This document shows, piece by piece, positions 37,748 to 49,944 of a stretch of 64,000 nt of DNA. Below the pieces are notes generated by a model. The model ran no database searches and had not been told where the DNA came from. It worked only from the letters and a program-made list of their open reading frames with translations. Position 1 is the first letter of the stretch, and each line of letters starts with the position of its first letter. Origin of the DNA: Eutreptiella sp. 'Long Island Sound 2002' (Eukaryota; Protista; Euglenida); contig OZ038378.1 in the NCBI GenBank assembly GCA_964036045.1, positions 47,554,001 to 47,618,000 of the forward strand, given 5' to 3'. The position numbers and the translations under genes are program-made.

Positions 37748-40052
37748 TTAGCCCACGCAAACTGCACCCTGTTTTGCGCCCCGAACGCGCAGAAAAGGAC
37801 CGGTTCGCAACAGGGCAAGAAAACTATTTTTTTTTGGATGTTTGATGAACGTGATTTTGGGCGTAGTGAAATAAATTGCTTTTTTAGTGCCGTGCAACTC
37901 CGTGTTCCTGAATGTGACATTTTTTACATTTCTGTGGCGTTCCGAGTGCGCGAGGCCTCGCGCACTCAAGATATTCAAAGTAGTGTTTTTTAAGAAACCT
38001 AAAAACCCGTAAGGACTGGCGTTTGCGGAAATACGCAGCTCCCACACGGTATTCAAACTAGGATTGTATTGACCAAGGAGCATTGGAAGTGTATGACTGT
38101 CGGACATCCCATGTTAGGGGAAACACATATACTCTGAAGTGAAAATGAAATACAAATCTCGGCATCCGGAGTGCGGGAGGCTTCGCGCACTCAGGTCACG
38201 TTATGTATGAATTTACGGAATGGATATGACACGTACAATTGGTGGTACAATACCAGACAGACGAACACATTTAATTTTTTCCGGTGTACGTGTGTCTAGC
38301 CACCGTGTTGGTCAGATCTAACACGGTATAGAACATTTCCCACGGCAACAGTCAGTGCGTGAGGCCTCGCGCACTCAAACCACGCAAGAAAATGAAAAAG
38401 CAGGCAGGTCAGGCTATGCCGGTATTTACATTCCCTTTCGCGGCTACCGCCTGTGACAGTTGATCATACATCGGTTACCTTCGTCATTTTTTCAGGGGAT
38501 CAGGGGAATGATTTGCTTTTTTCCAACAGCCACTCAATGGCAGACGTGTCCAGTTCTAATAGCGGCCTAAGCCTTCGCTGCCCGATAGATATAGATTTTT
38601 TTCCAACTGGGTTGAAAGACGGAAACAGAACAGGAAATTGTGGTTGCGAAAAAGGTTTTCGGTTACTGGGAACGGAGCGCACACAGACACCAAATACAAA
38701 TTGCGGCGGCAGCACGCGCAGCAGAAATGACGACAGGAAAAGGCCAGATGTTTTCAGACACACTTTTTTTAAAGATCGCTGTGCTAAACGATAATTAAAA
38801 TATGTGCGCAAATTTACTTCAGCAGAGAAAGACGCAAAATGCCACTTCGAGCCAGAAAATCCGTAACGCATGGAATGATTGCAGAAGCAAGCAAAGGAGC
38901 AGCAGCACTACGAGAGGCATGCGCGGCAGAACCAGCATACCAAACAGCAGACGACCTGTGGAAAGGACTGAAATGAAACGGCGTGGCGGCGAAACTGGTG
39001 TTAACATTTGCACAGCGACTCAGGTTCAACAAAAGAACGTGCCACAGTTTATAAGCAGCTAAGAGCCAAGGGGACAAGCGCTGGGTGCGCATTTTGCGAC
39101 AGGAGGGCTGGAACTTGTACCTCTTGATGCGTCAACGGGCAGTACCAAACAGGGAAAAACCGGGAAACACAACAGGGCACCTAACGCAAACAGAAGGACG
39201 AACAAAAGTATGACTTGGGCAAGCAGACGCTGCCGCAGATACAGGGGAGGAACAGGCAGCAGCAGCACTTAAAGCAACGTGGTCACTGGTGCTTTCATCG
39301 TGTTGCGTGCTGTGGATAGACAACTGGTACCGGGCACAATACAGGACACACCCAGACGAAAGTGACCGACCGCAAAACTGTACTGCAATGGCAGTACTTC
39401 AACTGAAACAGAGGCCCACGTATTGGGCAGGACATCCAGCCATTGAGGACCTGGCAGCACGGATAACGACAGTCGCAAGGGCTCTGCAACAGCGTGAACG
39501 GAGAATCCCCCAGACTTTGCGTGACATGGGGTATGCAGATGGGTGTGCACCAGACACCGGAAACGTGAGAGCACCGTTGGATGTGAGGAGGGATGCAACG
39601 ACCTTGCAGGCACCGGTGTGACGCCTGTTTGCCCTGTCAAAAGAAAAGGTAACTGGTTGTGTTGGTCTGTCAAACTTGTTTCGCTTTGCAAACGACGCAG
39701 CACAACAGACAAACAGAGTTCTACCGCTGTTGGTTGACGAAAACATACACTACAGGATACTAAAGTTGTTGTACGGTGCCAAGAACCAACCATGGGACAT
39801 GCGTGTTTACCTGCGTTATGTGCCTGTAGTTTTCGGTGTCTGGCATGCCTACAAGTTCGTTGTTACTCATACCTTTTGGGTGTTCTGGCCTATTTTAACC
39901 TCCTTACGGAAAGGTCTGCTACGCCCTGGTTCAGCCATACTATCATACCCCAAACTGATAGTTATGGAAAAAACTATTCCTGCGCTAGTTTTTCGGGCTG
40001 TCGGTTTTCGGGTCCTTCTCTTCCAAAAGGGGGTGCAGTTTGCGTGGGCTAA
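37748..40052. mobile_element. 2305-bp DNA transposon with 22-bp perfect TIRs
   Basis: TTAGCCCACGCAAACTGCACCC (37748-37769) and its reverse complement (40031-40052), flanked by ATTCACC (37741-37747) and GTTCACC (40053-40059). The uninterrupted host repeat near 27720-27740 has a single GTTCACC. Confidence 0.85.
39060..39990 (+). pseudogene. Putative DDE-type transposase relic inside the TIR element
   Basis: One frame with isolated stops: VLWIDNWY (D at 39319)...NCTAMAV...PLLVDENIHYRIL (D at 39736)...VFGVWHAYK (39835-39846). The pattern recalls DUF6589-like RNase H-fold transposases; this is recall, not a search result. Confidence 0.5.
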
Positions 40053-40739
40053 GTTCACCATCGTAGCTTGCACAAGATACTATGCACATTTCATGTGACA
40101 CAAGCCTCTTCCCAACTGTCTCCCAAAAGGTTCACATCGTACCTTCAACACTCAAACTACTCCTAGTCCTAATCCGGGTGCACCTTAACACCTCATGGCT
40201 GCAACGAGAAAGGTGGGCTATGGTGTGATAAACTACACTCACGTATGCAAATGTGATATGCACTGAGACACGAGAAAGAATGCATAATCACGGGGAAAGA
40301 CGGCGAGTATGTAAAGACACATGCGAGACGTCCTTTTACTCTGGCAACAGAGACACTGACAATCCTTCTCTTCACATCAGCTCAGGAACCAATCCGTCGG
40401 AACTATTTACGAGGATACGATAAACTGTCTCTTGAAGAAGTCTTTTAATGAAAAATGACGACACACGTCAATTCTCCCAGATCGCGGTCTTCAGCCCGGC
40501 GATCTGCAGTACGCACTCCTCCTCACAGAGTTCTGGATAAATGACAATGGGAAATCCAACGGTATCAGGAGTAGGCGCACTGTTAAGGAAAATCTGTTTT
40601 CTTACTGGGTGAAGCGGTACCCGGGAGCCCGTTGCCCTCATGGTGAATGTCTAACCTCTGCCATCTCTCAGGGGAGCTCATCCTTTCTGCACTGACTTGG
40701 CAACAGGGATGGGACGGACATTGTTGCTAACCATGCGAA

Positions 40740-41895
40740 TGATCAGACCATTCAGGAATTTCAATACTTTTATTCTGATGATTGAATCTCGCTGGAAAAC
40801 GAAAACATTGATTATTCTGACCCATTTTCTGATCACAGTGGAATTGCTCCTCGTCATCGCCTGCGCACCTGTTGGCTCTGTCATTCCATGGCAATTTTTG
40901 TTGGGGACCTTTCTCCTGTACCATTCAGGCTAGAAAGGAACTTAAGTGCTGGATCTGTAGGCTTTTTCATGGACTTTCATGTGGTGTATTCATCCGAATG
41001 TTTCAGCGACACGTTTGGGAGAAAATTGACGCGCAAGGTTTGTGGTGAAGCGACCGAACTCATGGTTACCATAGATCATGAGTTTGTTGGTAACTCTACA
41101 TCTCAATCCTTTGCCTTCCCTTCATGCCCCTTTCAGATGCGCATACCTTCGGGAAGGCGTCTTACAGGGGTGATTTGGGTCTTGGGGTGGCCTACAAAAC
41201 CCAACTTGTTTCGTAGAGAAGCGCTATCTTTGTGTACTTGTGAGCATGCACGCAACAAACTTCACATAATGCTCAGGAGACAAAAAACACTCGGTCACTT
41301 TTGATTTTGGAGCTGACTCAACGATGGCCACACGCAATTGAATGCGTGTTGAAACATGGTCAGCCACAAAGAGGAGGTTTTGTCGAATTTTGGGCCAAAG
41401 GGGCCGTGGCGCCAAATGTTGTGTCTGGTGCCATTGGCGAATCGCGCAGGGCAATATTTGAAAGAAGGAGACCAGGAAGAACACCCTGTATCCCTTTTTT
41501 GTTTTTTGACGCTTGTGTCGGTTTACATATAATGTTGTCTTGTGAGCACACCATGCTCATTTCCCTTTTGCATAAGCCCTCACATGCATGCAGGATTGTT
41601 GTTGGAACCAAGGGGCCAATTGAGCCATAGTACGTATATTTGAGAACACTTACTATGGGTCCTTCAGTTGAACTATATGCCATATTTTTTGGGCCGCAGC
41701 GCCTCACTCGTATATATGTCGCAATATTGGTATTTTTGCACTTTTTCCTACTTTTGATGTCGAATAAAGGTTGGAGTGTTAACAATACTTTTCCAATGCC
41801 CAAACGATCGATGCTAACTGGACTTGGGGCGTTGGGCAACTTCCACGGAAACACCAAAAGTCCATCTCTCTTGGGATATGAAGATACAAGTTTGC
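40740..41895. repeat. Dispersed repeat, copy 1 (homologous to 48410-49690)
   Basis: 40740-41640 matches 48770-49690 directly (e.g. GCGACCGAACTCATGGTT..ATAGA.CATGAGTT). 41635-41895 matches the reverse complement of 48410-48670. Confidence 0.75.
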
Positions 41896-43969
41896 AGCTA
41901 CCGCCTTCGGGACGGTCGCCGAAGGCTTCAACCGGCCGGGTAAGAGCTTCTACTTCAGAGCCCTTGAGCAAGGCCCTGTGTCTGCAGACGTACTCCATGA
42001 AGGTGTTGTTGGCCGACGGCACAAAGGATGAGATGGGTTCTCAGGTGTTGTGGTAGGACCGGTGGCATCGCCAAAACACCTTGAACCCAACGCCTCTAGG
42101 CGCCGAGGTGTTCAAACGCCGGGGCAGGATCTCAACAGTATAGTCATCTGCTCAGCATAGTCATCGTCTGAACCAGCCTCGTGGGTGGTGCATTCCAGGG
42201 ACACATGCTTTCTGCGGATGTCAGGCTCACGCCCCTGGAGCTGACTCTAATGCCGCTCCCTGAATCGTCCGGGCCTACCTTCACGCAATAGGTGTCCTCA
42301 ATAATCCTGTGAATCACATGTCTGGGTGTGAACCAGGTCTTGGTTGAGCCAGTGCCCATAGGCTGGGGTCTTAGTACCCACACTGGGTCACCGACTGTGA
42401 AGTCCTGCGCTGTTGACCTTGGGGCGGTCTTCGCCCGCACGGCATGCGCCTTCTCGAGTTGCTGACGGATCTCCCGCGCCGTTGTCCCCTGCCGCGCAAA
42501 GAACTGGCCGGCATGCATGTAGGGCCCTATGCCCTATATTGGGGGTGCTGGACTCAACGAACTGTTTTTTGCAGGGTTGTGAAGCAAGATATGAAGTGTT
42601 TCCGAGCCACCATTACCAAAAAAACCACATTTTTGCCCACAAATGGCCAAGAATGCCATTTTTGGCCTCAAACAGTGCTTCTGGTGGCCGTGGGTGGTCA
42701 TCGATGGGGCCCCATGCCCTATTTGAAGGCCGCTGGACTGAAACTCCGGTGTTTGACAGGGTATTGGAGGAAGTTATCATATTTTTGAGAGCGGTCTTGT
42801 CCAAAAAATGCACTTTTTGCCAAAGAAATATCTCGGGTTTCAGTCATACAAAAGTTGTTATTCGCAACTAGATTCTGAATGCAATATTTATCACATAGGG
42901 CCCATTTTAGATGGTCTCAAGCCTGCATGGTCGATGTAGCGGCTAGTAATTTTGCAATTAGGAGGGTTTGGGGGGACAGCCTTGAAAATTTTTTTTTTTA
43001 TGGTATAATTTGACAAAAAAAGTAATATTTTCGCCTGTCTCTGGTCTGGGTTTTTCGGACCCCATAAAGTCTTAGGTGATTGCCATGCCATCACTTGACT
43101 GGGGGAGTGGCCGTCCCAGGGGGTCCCTGCGGAAGAGAATCTGGTGAGGCAACAACCTTCCCGTTGTGGGGTTGCCGCGATGGGCCTTGAGGGCTGGCCA
43201 CATCTCCCCGAGCGAGTTACCGCGTTTGTGGGTGATATGGATCTTGCCAGCTTCTCAAATAGCTGCCTTCCAGCCCCTTTAGCTCGGCGGTTGCACCGGC
43301 TGAGGTAAGCGACGTTCTTGGCACTTCTTTTTCCCATGAGGGAACACATGGGCTCAAACCAGCCGCCTGCCAACTGGGGTCCGGGGCCGCCGCAATTTGT
43401 ACGAGGGACGTAGAAGACGTTCAGCCAGTGGCGAACCATCATGATTGCAAACTCCTTGGCAGGCAACCCCTGCTTGCGTGCTGATATGGCCACAGTCTAG
43501 GCACTGTGTCAGTCCACACAAAGGACCATGCAGTCAAAAACTTCCTATCCACTGTGCACTTTGGGCATCGAGAAGACATCCATGGCCACACTCTCCATGG
43601 GCTGGTCAGGTATCGGTGTCCATTGGTCTTCCCCCTTGACATTCTGATTGTCTGGATTGCAGGCTTGTCAGACCAAACAACCCTTCTTGACCTGCTTAAT
43701 GGCATTGTAGAGACCGATCTCACGGATTTTGAACCGGCGCTGCATGTCGGAGGCCTGCTTCTCTACGCTGGGATGCATCATGTGGTGGTGCCAAGCTTCA
43801 CAAAGCTCAACCACCGCGGACTGTGGTACTAGTGGCCTCCGATGTCGGTACAGCTTGCTCCCTTCCTCGGTTAGCCCCTTCGGCCTCTTCTGCTCGTCCT
43901 CAGAATCTGTCACAGCGTGATACTTGGACTGGAATGCCTCAGACCGGGCGTAGTTGGTGGTCCAGTTGT

Positions 43970-44728
43970 AGAAAAGTATTCTGGTTTGCCTTGTTGTGTT
44001 GATATTGCTTGTGGGCTGGAGTTTTTGAAGATGATAACCTTGATAGATTTTCCTCAGGTGCAAAATGACAACGTAGTGATGCAAGGCAAACCAAATATCA
44101 GATCAAAATGAAAGTCAGGTAAATATCCTTCCAATATAAAGCATATGTAGCAGAAGAGGGCCTGCACAAAGAAAAATGCAGGATTAAGTACAAAGAATCA
44201 GGCTTTTGTAAACAACGCAAATGATGTTATGTGCAAACTGGTATAGGTCTGGCCCGAAGGATAGTCCCATGCATTTCATGTGCTCAGTTTGAGATATAAT
44301 GGAGTTTGTCAGGAACCAGGGGCAAGTAGGTGGGCCACACACAGAATATGGCTTGACCAGCTTGGCCAAGCAACTGAATTCGGAAATAGTTACTGAGTAG
44401 GCCCACAACAAGTGGATGAAACACTTGAGTATCTAGGTCCTGAGGTGGGAGACCAATTGGCTTAACATCTAAGGCAAAGGACATGAACTGCATAGTTTAT
44501 TTTGGTATAACCTCCATGAAGGAAGATACCTCCGCTCACTTGAGTGGTAGGGGTGAACTTCATGGCTACTAGGGTCATAATCGTGGTTTCTTTGAAAAAT
44601 CCACTTTATGCTTCAAAAGAGTGACAAAAAGGATTCTGTGTTAGTCTTCAATACTTCCCAAACAAAACGGGCGGGCTTGGCCTGGATCAAGTCCCCCACA
44701 AAAGACGTGGTACTGATGTTTTCTTACT
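43970..44728. mobile_element. ~760-bp non-autonomous insertion splitting the Gypsy pol between RNase H and integrase
   Basis: Pol reads ...FCL*DD on one side and WTTNYARSEAF on the other. The inserted block matches the reverse complement of 51283-52043 with the same ends (e.g. TGAGCGGAGGTATCTTCCTTCATGGA). Confidence 0.75.
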
Positions 44729-45623
44729 GTCGTCTTAGAGGCAGAAATCTGCGAAGAGGGGCTTGTGCTCCCCAGCATCTCCTGGGGCGAGTGCAGAGAC
44801 TGCTCAGCGCACCCTCCCTCCGAGGGGAGCCTCTGCAGCCATAACAACGAAGCAACGCACTCCCTCCTCCTCCATCAGGCGCTCGATGTCGATGATCTTC
44901 TGTGCCTCAGCGGTTTCAGCCTCTCTTCCATGGGCAGTCACATCTGTCATGCCCTTGCTTGCAGGATAGGCCCACCTGCTGAGACAGTTCTCCACAGTGT
45001 TGTTGTTTCCTGGGATGTGGACCACCACCAGTATGCACTTCGCCCAGGTTTCGTGCTACCTGCCTTTTTGGGAGGCTGGTCCGAAGGGGTTGTCCACGTG
45101 CTCCTTGAGCAACGACTACAGACTCTGATGGGGGGTGCACACTGTGACGGGATATAGGCTTATTTATACGGCCAACTTCCTGTGAGCCATGACAATGGTA
45201 TACGCCTCCTCCTCACGGAGCGTCCAGGTCCTTTTATAACCTTCTGCACCGATTGGGCTCCAGAAAATCACGGCTTTGTGCCTTCAGTCGTCAAGGGCCT
45301 GCTCCAAAACCATGCCAATCACGTAACCGGAGGCGTCTGCGCGCAGGACGAATCCTCAGTCAGGGCCCGGGTGGTGCAGACCCGCTGCAGATAGCAGCGC
45401 CTGCTCCTTTCCCTGAAAGGCGCGGTCAGACTCCTCATTCCAGACCAGAGCCTTTTTGGAACCCTTCTTGGTCTCCACCTGGTTGAGCATGGCCATCATG
45501 CCATCATGGGGCCTGCATGCTCGGCACACATCTTGATATACCCCAAGTCGTAGTTGCAGAACCCTAGATATGCCCGTAGTCGGACACCGTCTTGGGCTTC
45601 TGCCAGTGCTCCATTGCCGCTAC

Positions 45624-45886
45624 TCCACACGGCTGGGCATCCCCCAGAGCTGCCGCCCAAAGGAGGGGGCATGTGGCCCTACCCATGGACACATGTGGGG
45701 ACACCCTCCCACCTGGGACACATGGACCGGGTGTCCGCGACAATGCCTTCCCAAGCACATGCGGGAGCGGCTCAAGAGGCACCTGACATAGGGCACTCGG
45801 AGGGACAGGACTTCCCTTTGGTAAGACCTTCTTCCTGCAATGTCAAAGGAGGCATCCCGAGCTCCCGAGGATACCTATCTACCTAC
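45624..45886 (+). mobile_element. 263-bp insertion in RT with a 15-bp target duplication and (ACCT)n-like tail
   Basis: CTCCATTGCCGCTAC (45609-45623) and CTCCATCGCCACTAC (45887-45901) duplicate the codons VAAME of RT (2 mismatches). The 3' end reads ATACCTATCTACCTAC. A close second copy is inverted at 58528-58796. Confidence 0.8.
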
Positions 45887-47268
45887 CTCCATCGCCACTA
45901 CCTTTCCAGGTATGGGCTTCCCTTGCCTGTTACCAACAGAGTGGCCGCCAAAGAGCAGCTCGGTCAATGCGATGGTGGCCTTGTGACGACTGCCTGTCCG
46001 CTTGTGCTAAAACAGGGGGTCAAGCACTCTGGTCCCCTCCCTCTCACGTGCCTCCAGCAGCTCATCATAGCTCATGCTGGGGTCCCCGGATGCAATGATC
46101 ACGTCCTCCACAAAGGGGTCCGCACAATTGCGCACCGACTCGAGCAGGCTTTTGGGCCCCGTTGCCATTGGGAAGGCCCATGTGCATCACCTTCCACCAC
46201 GAGGTTCCAAGTAGAATGCTCATGGCTGTGCAGGCTCGGGACTCATTGCCGACAGGCATCTGGTCATAACCATGTTCGCGGTCGATCACGTTGAAGATCG
46301 GAACTGTTTGTGCAGCATATGCTCAAGTGCGGGCAGCATATAGGTGTCATGTTGCATTTGGGCATTTAGCGCTGCCGTAGTTGACCACAAGCTGCCACTC
46401 CCTGTCCACCTTCTTGGAAACAACAAAGCACGGGGGTGCCCACTCGGAGTGACAGGGCTTAAGCGAGCCTCTGTCGATGAACTAACGTAGGATCTTCTCA
46501 ATGGCCTCTTTCCTCTCGCCCCGGAGGGCGAACTGGCGGTGACCTTACACTTCGGGGGTCTGGCGTCAGTCGTATCTTGGCATCGCTGTACGTTCCTTGG
46601 ACTGGCGGGGACAAAGGGTTTTTAGTGAAGAAAGTACTTCCGTACTTTTCCTTCAGCCTGGCCCGCAATGCCTGAATCTTGGGGCACTAATCAAGCTTCA
46701 GCTTGCCTTTCCCGAGAACTTGCACCACAGAGCTTACTTGTCGGATATCATTGCCACGTGACTCCAGCTCCAGGGGTAGCACCAGGTGGGCAATTGGCCT
46801 ATGACGGGCCTTGCATCAAAATAGATCAGCGTAGAGGGCTAATGGCCCATTCTGTCTTGACGTCTGGTCCGATACCATCTGTACGCAGGTAATCCTATTA
46901 TAGGAACCAGAGACGATGGTATCCACTTCCCACCAGGCTTGGCCCGGGCGTCCCTCCTGTCACTGGCTTACCGGGTCATGAAAGGGTTTATCCATATCCC
47001 CCCGAAACATATCTAACTCCTTATCAGGAAGAAGATCCCCCGATTCACCGATGTCAATGGGGGAAACAGCGAAGCATTGCTACCAGCGCTCCGCTATGAC
47101 GGGGTTGGCACACACAAAGTCAATGGCAACGGCCTGTTCCAAGCCCCTGTCCACATAGTTCAATTTTGTTGGCCACCTCTGGGGTGCCATGGGCTGTGCC
47201 TTAGCATCCTGACAGACACTCTGTCCAGCCGGTAGGGCGACCGTGTTCAGGGTCAAGTTGGGGAGCAC

Positions 47269-47570
47269 CCAGGACTCTGCGTTGCAGAAGCACTGGTGTC
47301 TGCATCAAAGTCTGATGTGAATGCATTGTCCCAGAGTGGATGTGCCGAGGGCGGTTGCGAAGATCCACGCAGACCGTTGCAAAGCAGTGCTGGTCGTACC
47401 CATGGGGTGTACTGGGGAGGAAAGTGCTCGAGATGGGGTGGTCCCGCTAGACTTCTCAAACACCCGCAGATCGGCGGAGGCTCCTGAGGAGAACACATCC
47501 AAGCCGCGATCGGATGCTCCCAGATCAGCAACGACTCCATGTGCCAGTTCCGGGTTGATGCCATATTCCT
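47269..47570 (-). pseudogene. Dam-like methyltransferase-fold domain of the minus-strand Gypsy, second half inverted
   Basis: Minus strand YGINPELAHGVV...LDVFSSG...FEK (47570-47452). The continuation QDSALQKHW...LM*MHCPRVDVPRAVAKIHADRCKAVLVVPMG is on the plus strand (47271-47445). Confidence 0.6.
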
Positions 47571-48409
47571 GGCTCGTCGGCCCTACAGGCTCGATCCCCA
47601 GTGTGGCCAATTTGGGTTGATGACGCTCCGAATGGCGACGATAGCCGCAAAAGCTGGTCCTCCTGGTACAGGGTCAGAGAGCCCTCAGCTGGGAGCACAC
47701 CAGAGTCCGTCTCCATCATGAAGACGTACCCGACGATCACGTCCCCCTGGCTGGTGACTGTTCCCCAAGGGGATGGTCACGGGACGGGGCAGAAAACAGC
47801 AAGAAATGCGAAATCTTGCAACGTGGCACGCACCGTTAATTGCACAACTCCGGCTAGGCCGGAGTAGCAAAACAGAAAACCCAGCGCCATTGACCCTTGG
47901 TCATATGCTACAAGAATCGCCTTTCCCTTCTGGTTAGCTCCCTTGCCCCATGGAGATATGGTGTTCCCAACCTGGCCTAAAATGGCAAAAGTCGCGAAAA
48001 TTAGCCGAAACGGCCCACTCTGACGATCCGATATCTCAATGGTCATGGCGAGCGAAAATGCAACCAAAGGGGTTATAGACACATGGCACTTAGGTTCCGA
48101 TATATGCCCCATTCTAATGCTCGAGGTCACCTCTAGCCATTTTTTTCCTTAGCTGAAAAGGGGTACACGAAAAATGGCAAACGGTAACATACCCGATATT
48201 GGGCCACCCATGGCTCTCCCATCCCAAGGTGAGGATACAAGGGGACATACCCTATTTGAGGCGGGTCTATGTCCCCTTTTGATATCGCCCTTAAGCTTGG
48301 ATAACGGGCGCACACAACCCCGGGGCGAACAGTAAGGGGGAGATAGGATTTGGTGCCATTGTGGCCAAAAAGAAGGTTAGTAGTCCCAAACGTGTTTACT
48401 CCAAAAACT

Positions 48410-49690
48410 GTATCTTCGGCTTGCAAGGGAGATGGACTTTAGGTATTCGCATGGAGGCAATCCAACGCCTTAAGTCCCTTTATTAACATTGGTTTGGGTC
48501 TGAAGCACAAGAAACTGATTCTTAACACTTCGGTCCTTGGAGCACACAAAAAGTGGGGAAAATGGCCAAAACCCCAGTAATGGGACATATATACCCATGG
48601 GACACCAAAGCCCATATATTATGGCATATACTGAAAGTGAAGGACACATAGTAAGTGTTTGCAAACATAGGGCAAATGTCTGTCCTTCCCTGTCCCCTAC
48701 GCCTATTCCCCATCCTGCTTGTGGGGATATGTTTTCTGCAGCCCAATGGGAACCAGGCTTGGGACCGATCCCGTCCCCAACTTTTGCAATCGATTAAATC
48801 GTTCTGGAATTTTTGTAATTTCCATTTGATGATCGAATCTTTGGGGAATTGGACTAAAATTGATTATTCTGACCCGATTACCAGCCACCGTGGTAAAATG
48901 CCGCGTGTCGATGCCTGCGCGCGCTTCGGCGTTGCCTTTTAATGGTGAGTTTTGTTTTGACTTTTCCTCCTCTACCTTTGAGGTTGGAAAAGAAGTTGAG
49001 AGCAGGATCTGTGGCGTTTTTCATGTACTTTCATCGCTGCTTTCACCAGAATTGTTCGTTGTGGCATCTGGCCGAACATTGACGCGTAAGCTTTTCCGTC
49101 AGGCGACCGAACTCATGGTTCTTATAGACCATGAGTTCGTAGGGAACTCTACATCTCCCCCCATTGCCTTCCTCTCATGCCCCTTTCGCGTGGGCATATC
49201 GTTTCCTTTGGGGAAGCGGCTTCCAGGGGTGTTTTGGCAGACACATGGGTGCGAAAAACCGAAGTCAAAATCGTGCGCACTTGTGAGCATGAACGTAAAC
49301 AGCTTACCATAATGCTCACAAGACCAATAGCCCAAGTTCATGTTCCATTTCGGAGCTAACGCAACGATGGCTGCACGCAATTCAATGCGTACCAAAACAT
49401 GGTTGTTTGAAAGGACGACTTTTCCTCTATAATTTGGCCACAATGGCCTTGGCGCCAGGGCTTGTTCTCAAAGCAAACGGCGATATGGGCCTTGAATGAA
49501 GACAATATGGAACGTAGAGAGCACGAAGGACATTGTGCATAGCTTTTTTGATTTTATCAAGCTTATCCACTATTTGATATAATTTTGCGTCGTGACCACG
49601 CGCGCCAATTCTGCCTTTTGCACATGTGCCCACATGCGTGCATGTTTGACTTCGGATCCAAGGGAGCATAGTAAGTATGGGCCATTGGGT
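48410..49690. repeat. Dispersed repeat, copy 2 (see 40740-41895)
   Basis: Same homology blocks, with the two parts in opposite relative orientation. Confidence 0.75.
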
Positions 49691-49944
49691 TCTGGGTACC
49701 CCTTGACCCCCCTCCTTAGAGCAAACCAAGAGGGGGGCTCGATCACACCCAAGCATGGCAGCGGGTACCCAGGACAGTCTTTGGGGGGGTTTCTCTCCTC
49801 AGGCACACAATGGGGTCAGGATCTCGACATGACACCAGATTGCCACGCACACGGTAAAAACTCCCCGAAAAATAGATGTAATCTCTCAAACGCTGAAAGG
49901 TATGACCTCTAAATGGACTTTAAGGTCTGGTAATATATGAGGTA

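Larger units (their letters stand above)
41900..47870 (-). mobile_element. Decayed chromodomain-bearing Ty3/Gypsy element: MT-like, RT, RNase H, integrase, chromodomain
   Basis: RT: WQLVV.Y..., VIDREHGYDQMP, WKVMHMG, FVEDVIIAS (46114-46103), LRAYLGFCNY. RNase H: FVLRADASGYVIG...HIPGNNNTVENCLSRW. Integrase: WHHHMMHP...CLVCQAC, VAMDVFS, AGRQLFEKL, GDPVWVLRP. Chromodomain: YTVEIL...FKVFW...T*EPISSF (~42140-41950). Confidence 0.9.
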
